64,000 bases of DNA from Syncephalis fuscata S228 (lineage: Eukaryota; Fungi; Zoopagomycota): assembly GCA_025786725.1 (NCBI GenBank), contig JAHLTZ010000036.1:203604-267603 (forward strand), read 5' to 3'. The translations under genes were made by a program, and so were the position numbers. A model generated the notes under the pieces. It worked only from the letters and a program-made list of their open reading frames with translations. It ran no database searches and had not been told where the DNA came from. Within the stretch, counting starts at the first letter, position 1; each line of letters starts with the position of its first letter. This document shows positions 57,031 through 64,000 of the stretch, piece by piece.

Positions 57031-58086
57031 CTATAGTTTAGTATAACTAATTGCTACTTGAGTTTGTATATTCTTTATACCTTTATTGTTTTATTGTATA
57101 ATAAATACGCACTATCCAATAATATTGTTTTCTTAGCTTTAGCATTATTATTAATACAATCCAGTTTATTTTGTCTATGTATCTACTTGTGCGAATATCC
57201 TTTATAACTTTGACAATGGCAACTGGCATGCCTTATATTGTAAACTTGTCTTGACATATAACAGCATATCATGTGTTAATTTATACAAATACTTATCTAT
57301 TTGTTTATAGCTTCACTCATTATAACGTTTAACTTATTTTGTTGATTTGTTTATTGGTTGTCCATATTTACTGTGTAGATATTGTAACCGTTTGTTACTT
57401 GTAGTAATCAATGATTATCTTAAGTAATTGACGATTACGCTAGATTATATAATAATAAACTAGATAGCACTAGTAATAAAACTAAAAAAATAACACAAAT
57501 AATTACTAATGTTTATTTAAGATAATAAAAATATGTGCCCTTTTATACTGAAATGAGCCAAGTTTAAAAGATACTTGTAAAGGAAAAACTTGTTCGTTCC
57601 TTTCTTTTGGTATTGTATACGGATATTAGTTTATTTTAAGTAAATTAGTACCCATGTAATATGCTAAATATTAAATAAATTGGCAGGGCCTTGTAAAGAT
57701 TTTAAATTATTTACTAATATGTTAGTTAGAGTACTGGACCGCGTGCTGAGTAAAAGCTACACAAATGTTGTTTGACTAAGTCACGTGACTATATGTCATA
57801 TTAATTGTGATTACCATATATGGAAATGAGGTATATAAAAATCATGTGATTAAATTATTATATTTAGTGTTCGTAACAAATTATTTACATTTTTTACATA
57901 TATTCAGTTTATTGTATATTTTTACGCAACAATAATTACCAACACTATGCCACTTTAAGCAACTTGTCTGTTTTGCCTGTTCTAACTTGCTTTTTTGAGC
58001 CAATCAGCTTCAATGCGCAGTGTGACTGCTATATCTATATTCGTTTTGTACCACCTTCCTAATATGGAGTATTGCCGTGACTCGGT

Positions 58087-58224
58087 TTAACATTCAACTC
58101 CAGAGCCCGTAGTAATACAGCCACCCATTGGGCCATTTCCGGCTGACCTTGCCATTACTGTGGATACGCATTGTTTTGCTTGATCAACACCAAAGCCATT
58201 GCTAATTGACAATTGCCGGCTTGT
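58087..58224 (-). pseudogene. Orphan terminal exon-like fragment (TSRQLSISNGFGVDQAKQCVSTVMARSAGNGPMGGCITTGSGVEC*)
   Basis: GC-richer 46-codon segment after a branch point (gctaat) and CTAG acceptor. The sequence upstream is replaced by repeat R. Confidence 0.35.
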
Positions 58225-58287
58225 CTAGCAGACGGTTACAATAATTCGATTTGTTAATAATTAGCCTGGTGCAAAAATAAACACGAT

Positions 58288-58755
58288 TTTGGATAGAGGA
58301 AAGATGGGCGATCATAGAAAACATAAAAAGCGGTGTCAAAGTGCAGTGTGTATAGTGGAATGAGTGGAATGAGCAAAGTATATTGCCGCGTATAAACAAT
58401 AAAATGTGTCTAGTGTATCGTAGAATGATACATAGTAGTGTGGGACAGAATGGGAATGATATAGGTAAACGGTGGATATATGCATACTGGATAACGAATC
58501 TATGATGACGAGTATTTGATGACTGATGTCACTCACCACCCATCATCATGTTCAATAGATTGGGCGTTATTAAATATTAGTCATTTGTCCCCCAAAAAGC
58601 AATAAGTGTGATGATGTGACGATTAAATAAAACTCACCACTTGTCCCCATGTTCAATAGAGTGAATGTGCAGTGCAATTGCGCGAATGTTATTAAATTTA
58701 GTCATTTGACCCCCAAATCACACTACATGTAATAATGTAATGATTAAATAAACAA
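58288..58755 (+). repeat. Repeat family R, copy 3
   Basis: Matches 50479-50907. Confidence 0.88.
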
Positions 58756-58778
58756 TTATAAAAATATATATATTGTTA

Positions 58779-59020
58779 TATACCATTATATGACGGTGTA
58801 AGACGGCGTAAGACGGTATAAGACGGCGTACCGCTGCGTACCGCTCCATACCGCTCCATACCGCTCCATAAGACGGTATAAGGCGGTATAAGCCGGTGTA
58901 AGGCGGTGTAAGGCGGTATAAGAAAGTATATATCACTATACATCACTATGCATCACTATATACCACTATATACCACTATATACCACTATATACCATTATA
59001 TACCATTATATATCACATTA
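58779..59020. repeat. 10-bp-period tandem array (~24 units: TAAGACGGYR, TACCGCTCCA, TAAGGCGGTR, TACCACTATA)
   Basis: Direct reading; almost every 10-base block ends in TA. Confidence 0.92.
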
Positions 59021-59051
59021 TAGCTTTTTTTAACTAAAACCGTTTATTGCT

Positions 59052-60098
59052 TAGTGTGATTTGGGGGTCAAATGACTTTTTTTTGTAACATTCGCGTAGT
59101 TGAACTACATTTTCGTTCTATTGAACATGGGGACAAGTGGTGTGTTTGATTTAATTGTCGCATTATTACATTTATTGTGATTTGGTGGTTAAATGACTAT
59201 TTTTAATAACGCCCAATCTATTGAACATGATGATGGGCGGTGAGTGATATCAATCAGCAACTACTCATCATTGTAGATTTATTGTCCAATATGCATATAT
59301 CTACTATCTACCTATATCATTACCATTATATGACATATTGAATACATTCTGTTTGCTATGTGTTTTAAATATATATAGTCTAATGAGCAAGCTGAGCAAG
59401 ATTAGTCGAACTTTATTAATAGTAGTGCTAAAACAAAAAGAACAGCTGCAATAGATAGCCAGTAGTCATTAGACAATAAAACGGCATATAATATAAAGAA
59501 TATGCAATACGCAGTAATGATTAGCAATGTTAATGTTATTGAGCATATATGCATGAGCAGATGGCCGACATTAGTCGACATTTATTAATAATAAAGCTAG
59601 AACAAAAGTATAAACAGATTTGGATAAAGCATGGCTTAGGGAGTATAAAATGATATATAGAATAATAAATGTACGGTGAAAAAGCATATAAAATAAAGTT
59701 AAAGCTATAGCGCATATAGCGCAATGAGTAGACTGAATGGAGTTTGTTGGTGTATATAAACAATAAAGTGTGTCTAGTGTATCGTAGAATGGGATACAAT
59801 GGTGTGGGATAGTACAGGAATGATATAGGTAAATAATATATATATATTTACTGAATATATGCATACTGGATAACGAATCTATGCTGATGAGTATTTTGAT
59901 GATTGATGTCACTCGCCACCCATCATCATGTTCAATAGATTGGGCGTTATTAAATATTAGTCATTTGTCCCCAAAAAGCAATAAGTGTGATGATGTGACG
60001 ATTAAATAAAACTCACCACTTGTCCCCATGTTCAATAGATTGAATGTGCAGTTCAATTGCGCGAATGTTATTAAATTAGTCATTTGACACCCAAATCA
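59052..60098. mobile_element. ~1 kb element bounded by long (~280 bp) imperfect inverted R repeats; MITE/MULE-like, no TSD identified
   Basis: 59052-59340 is the reverse complement of ~59815-60098 (gatttgggggtcaaatgact ... agtcatttgacacccaaatc). Confidence 0.5.
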
Positions 60099-60450
60099 TA
60101 ATATAATCTAATGATTTGATAATTTAATAAAAATGATTATTCAATAAAATAAACGTTTAGTTTGACTGGGCGAGTGCTGTCAAGCAAGTCAATTGGCACC
60201 AATCATAATAATTGTTTATTCATATTACATCAGCACTTGCACCCACACTATAAAAACAGACTGCTGATCGCATAGCACACGATTTGCGTCACACGTTCCT
60301 CTTTCTCATCCACCACACTTGACAGCATTTATCCACTAGCCACCTTTCCACTTGCACTTGTTTCCATAAGTTCAGTATATGCTTTGCTTGCTATATGTCA
60401 TTGTTAGTCTATTAGTATAAGCATGCCTAGTCTTGGTACTACATACCGCC

Positions 60451-61115
60451 CTGCTGTATGGCGCCATACAGCAGTGCTAGCGGTATCGTTTTACCTTGTG
60501 GCAGCTGCTAGTATGCTAACTATGGCAATATATGCTACCAAACATATACCGTTATCTTTCTCTTTATCATTCTCTCCTCTTTCTCCTCTTTCTCTTCATC
60601 CTTTTTTCACTAACCTTCCATTACTTACCGTACTAGCAACAGTGTATGCTGGTATATGCTACCAAGCATACACTGTTCTCATCCTCTTTCTTTTCCACCT
60701 TCTTTCCCATCCTTTTCACAACCTTCCATTACTTACCGTACTAGCAACAGTGTATGCTGGTATATGCTACCAAGCATACACTTTCTCATCCTCTTTCCTT
60801 TACTCCTTCTTCCCTATCCTTTTCACCAACCTTCCATTACTTACCGTACTAGCAACAGTGTATGCTGGATATATGCTACCAAGCATATACTGTTCCTTTC
60901 TCACCCTCTCCTCATCATTATCTCTATATCTTCCATTGCTCACCGTGCTAGCAATAGTGTGTTTAGCTATGGTAGTAGCATATGGTGGCACTCTGTACTG
61001 GCCATACAGCAGTGCCATTATATGCACTGCCTGTAAACACCTGCTAGCACGATGTTGCATTGGCAGCACATCTCTTTCCTTTTCCCTTTTTCCTTTTAAC
61101 AAACCACTTACCGGT
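60451..61115. repeat. Hairpin-containing 108-bp tandem array bracketed by palindromes
   Basis: A ~66-bp conserved unit at 60612, 60720 and 60828, degenerate copies at ~60518 and ~60930, and a perfect 24-bp palindrome at 60451-60474. Confidence 0.88.
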
Positions 61116-61226
61116 CCTTCTTTATGGTGCACTGATTGTGCAATGGTAAGTAACTAGCTTAAATCAGTCACTAACTCTGCATATAATACTTTAGATTACA
61201 AGCCATCAAGTATCAAGTTCAAGGAC

Positions 61227-62381
61227 AATGGCGATTAGTGTGTTAGCGGCCGGCTACCAAACAATATAACAATTAATGTTATATTGATGACTTTAGATTT
61301 AGATTACTAACTTACTAACCTGTATTGATAATTACAATTTATATCATAAATAAAAATCACCAAATTGTTTTAGTGTGCTAGCGGCCGGCTACACAACATT
61401 GCAACATACTAACTTTATACATATATTGTTTTAAATTTTAGATACCGGACACTAACACTAACATTTATTGATTATTATAGATTTTAGATAGCCGGACACC
61501 AGTACCAACACCGGCATCAACACCAGCACCAGTACCAACACCGGCATCAGCACCAACATCAACACCAGCACCAACACCAGCATCAGCACCAACACCAGTA
61601 CCAGCATCAGCATCAGCACCAACATCGGCACCAGCACCAGCACCAGTACCAGCACCGGCATCAGCACCAACACCAGCATCGGCATCAACACCAGCACCAA
61701 CATCGACATCAGCACCAGCATCAGCACCGACATCAACACCAGCACCGCATAACAACAACACCAGCGCCAACACCAGCATCAGCACCAACACCAACATCGA
61801 CACCAGCGCCAACACCAGCACCAGCATCGGCATTAACACCAGCACCAGCACCAGCACCAACACCGACATCAGCACCAGCACCAGTACCAACATCGACATC
61901 AGCACCAGCACCAGTACCAGCACCGGCATCAGCACCGACATCAACACCAACACCGGCATTAACACAACACCAGCGCCAACACCAGCATCAGCACCAACAC
62001 CAACATCGACACCAGCGCCAACACCAGCACCAGCATCGGCATAACACCAGCACCAGCACCAGCACCAACACCGACATCAACATCAACACCAGCATTGGCA
62101 CCAGTACCATATCAACATCGGCATCGGCACCGGCACCAACAATAGTAACAACATAACATTGGCATCAACACTAAACACTAACATTGTATTTATTATTTTA
62201 GATCGTAGGTAGCCGGCCATGGACACCCAGCGTAAGTATTATTATTATACATAGCCGGCCGCTAGCACACTAAAACCAAATATGCAATATCAATTCAGGA
62301 CAATTGTCTACTAACGTATTAACATTGTGTTTATTGTTTTAGAATTGTAGGTAGCCGGCCGCTAACACACTAATCGCCATT
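61227..62381. repeat. Foldback-like structure: nested inverted repeats around a ~660-bp hexamer (CAYCRR) array
   Basis: Perfect 32-bp IR at 61227-61258 / 62350-62381, inner ~25-bp IR at ~61367-61391 / 62252-62276, array at ~61497-62170. Confidence 0.85.
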
Positions 62382-64000
62382 TTAAGTAAGTAAGTAATGT
62401 GATACAGCAGTTGTAGCAGTATCCATCATAATTGTATGTGGTGGTATATCGCCACCAATAAACGGTGGTATACCATCACAACAATAGCAACAATAGCAAC
62501 AATAGCAACTTCACAAGTACTTGATGTGACATCATCAAGATTAATTGATACTATTGCTATCAATTAACAGCAAGATTAAAAAAGGATATTGGATCAATTA
62601 ATAATATATTATTTATTGGTAATATCCAACTGATTAGTAATTGATATTACCAAACAATATCCGAGCAAAGCATTAAATAAAAGCACATAGCTATTAAATA
62701 AGTAGATGCAAAGGTTTATATTTTTGCATCTCAATCAAAAAATCAATACAATAAAGATTATACAATTAGTATATATTGCGCATACTAACTAATGATTAAA
62801 CAATTTAACAATGCTTATAGTATGATCAGCAGATCAAATGGCAATATTTAAAAGCATTTAATGTACTGAACATGATAATGGATGATGAATAAATGAAAAG
62901 TAAAATAGACATTAATGTAGATGTATTATCCAGTAAGCATATATCCCGTGTGCATATACTCAATATGCATACATCCATTATTTACATATATTATTGTATG
63001 ATATCGTGTGTATATTATATTAATTGTAGAAAGCAATATACACGACTCATTCACGTCAGTATGTTATAGTGCTTATAACATGCAATGATTTATATTAATT
63101 ATTACCTCACATATATGATGTATTGCATTGGTAGATTGACACTCACATATTGAAGAATAGAATTTAGCACTCATTACCATAAGAGTTATGTACGTTTACA
63201 TACACAGATGTAGCATTAACTAAACAATAACATTGAATTAAAATATATGTTCTAGAACATATATTGACAAACATATACTAATTGAATAATGGAACAAATA
63301 AAAATAGAATTATTTGAATAAATGAGTGATTGACTAATTGACCGAAAAATTGAATAACTAAATAAGCAACTAATTTACCGACTGAACAACTAAATGATCA
63401 ACTAATTGAATAAAGACTAACTAATTGACCAACTAATTGACTAACAATACTACAGACTAACAAGCAAACCAATTCGTAGACATTAATAATCAACAATATA
63501 AGAAGTAGACAAACAATTGCATAAATGATTGAACAATATACGGAGCATAGGTAGCCTGTCCCCACCAATTTTAATTTTTTTATTTTACCACCATTTTCCA
63601 CCAAAGTATATCTATGTTTATATACATAGATACAGCATCAACTAAGCAATGGTTTGCAAGTTATTTGAATGTGCTAGCTTGTATATTGACGGACTTTTAC
63701 TAGTAGGCCAATTTACTCAATATATGAGTAAAAATGGCAATAATTAGCGGATAATTGCCCAGTAGACTAACTAACAGAATAATGGACTAAACAACGGAAT
63801 AATTGACCAAGTTAATTATCAATAGCATATTTACATAATTTAATAAGTAGTTTATGCAATAAAAGATACAACAGGCCAAATATTTGACTAAATAAAGCAA
63901 ATTAACGGATAAATTGGCCAATATATGCATACATTGTAAGTGAAATATATATATTAGCACAATATTGCACAATACAGTATATACATTTACATAGACAGAT

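Noticed and set aside
57393-57878. Second TGTTAC...GTAACA segment with an internal AGTCACGTGA, like the 36.5-kb insertion
   Set aside because: The flanks (CGTT / AATT) give no TSD and I see no internal alignment.
60612-60960. CRISPR-like repeat-spacer appearance
   Set aside because: Eukaryotic context, no cas genes, ~66-bp repeats, and spacers that are homologous to each other.
60423-61965. ORFs 60423-61157 and the LVLM-repeat ORFs
   Set aside because: They are by-products of tandem repeats that lack stop codons.
63320-63920. Telomere-like repeats (aactaattga.., 4/12-bp periodicity)
   Set aside because: Degenerate low-complexity sequence with no regular G-rich telomeric unit.

Overview
This is eukaryotic (fungal) genomic DNA: AT-rich, with mostly 50-90 nt GT-AG introns and CTAAY branch points. 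The gene families (a lineage-type multi-TM protein, a bacterial-like S8 protease, a mitochondrial EF-P) suggest an early-diverging fungus, plausibly Zoopagomycota/Syncephalis-like (inference). Bases 1-45 kb hold ordinary genes: an Esc1/DevR-like bHLH, Nup82, two forkhead TFs, mitochondrial aspartate aminotransferase, a multi-TM protein, a mitochondrial EF-P, a TMEM242/Aim11-like protein, Ppg1 phosphatase and a Cys2-like MetX enzyme. Interspersed are five copies (A-E) of a secreted RlpA-like/expansin-like double-psi beta-barrel gene. Each copy lies just downstream of the AAT gene or a copied piece of its 3' end, and the copies form two divergent pairs with mosaic promoter, coding and 3' modules, including a ~790 bp-arm palindrome. 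Five perfect ATCWGATAA motifs lie upstream of the second forkhead gene. Bases 45-64 kb are gene-poor: an intronless UAP1, a subtilisin pseudogene, a dispersed repeat family in inverted arrangements, a 10-bp-period array, a hairpin array and a hexamer array inside nested inverted repeats. Many 1-bp frameshifts in conserved genes look like assembly consensus errors.
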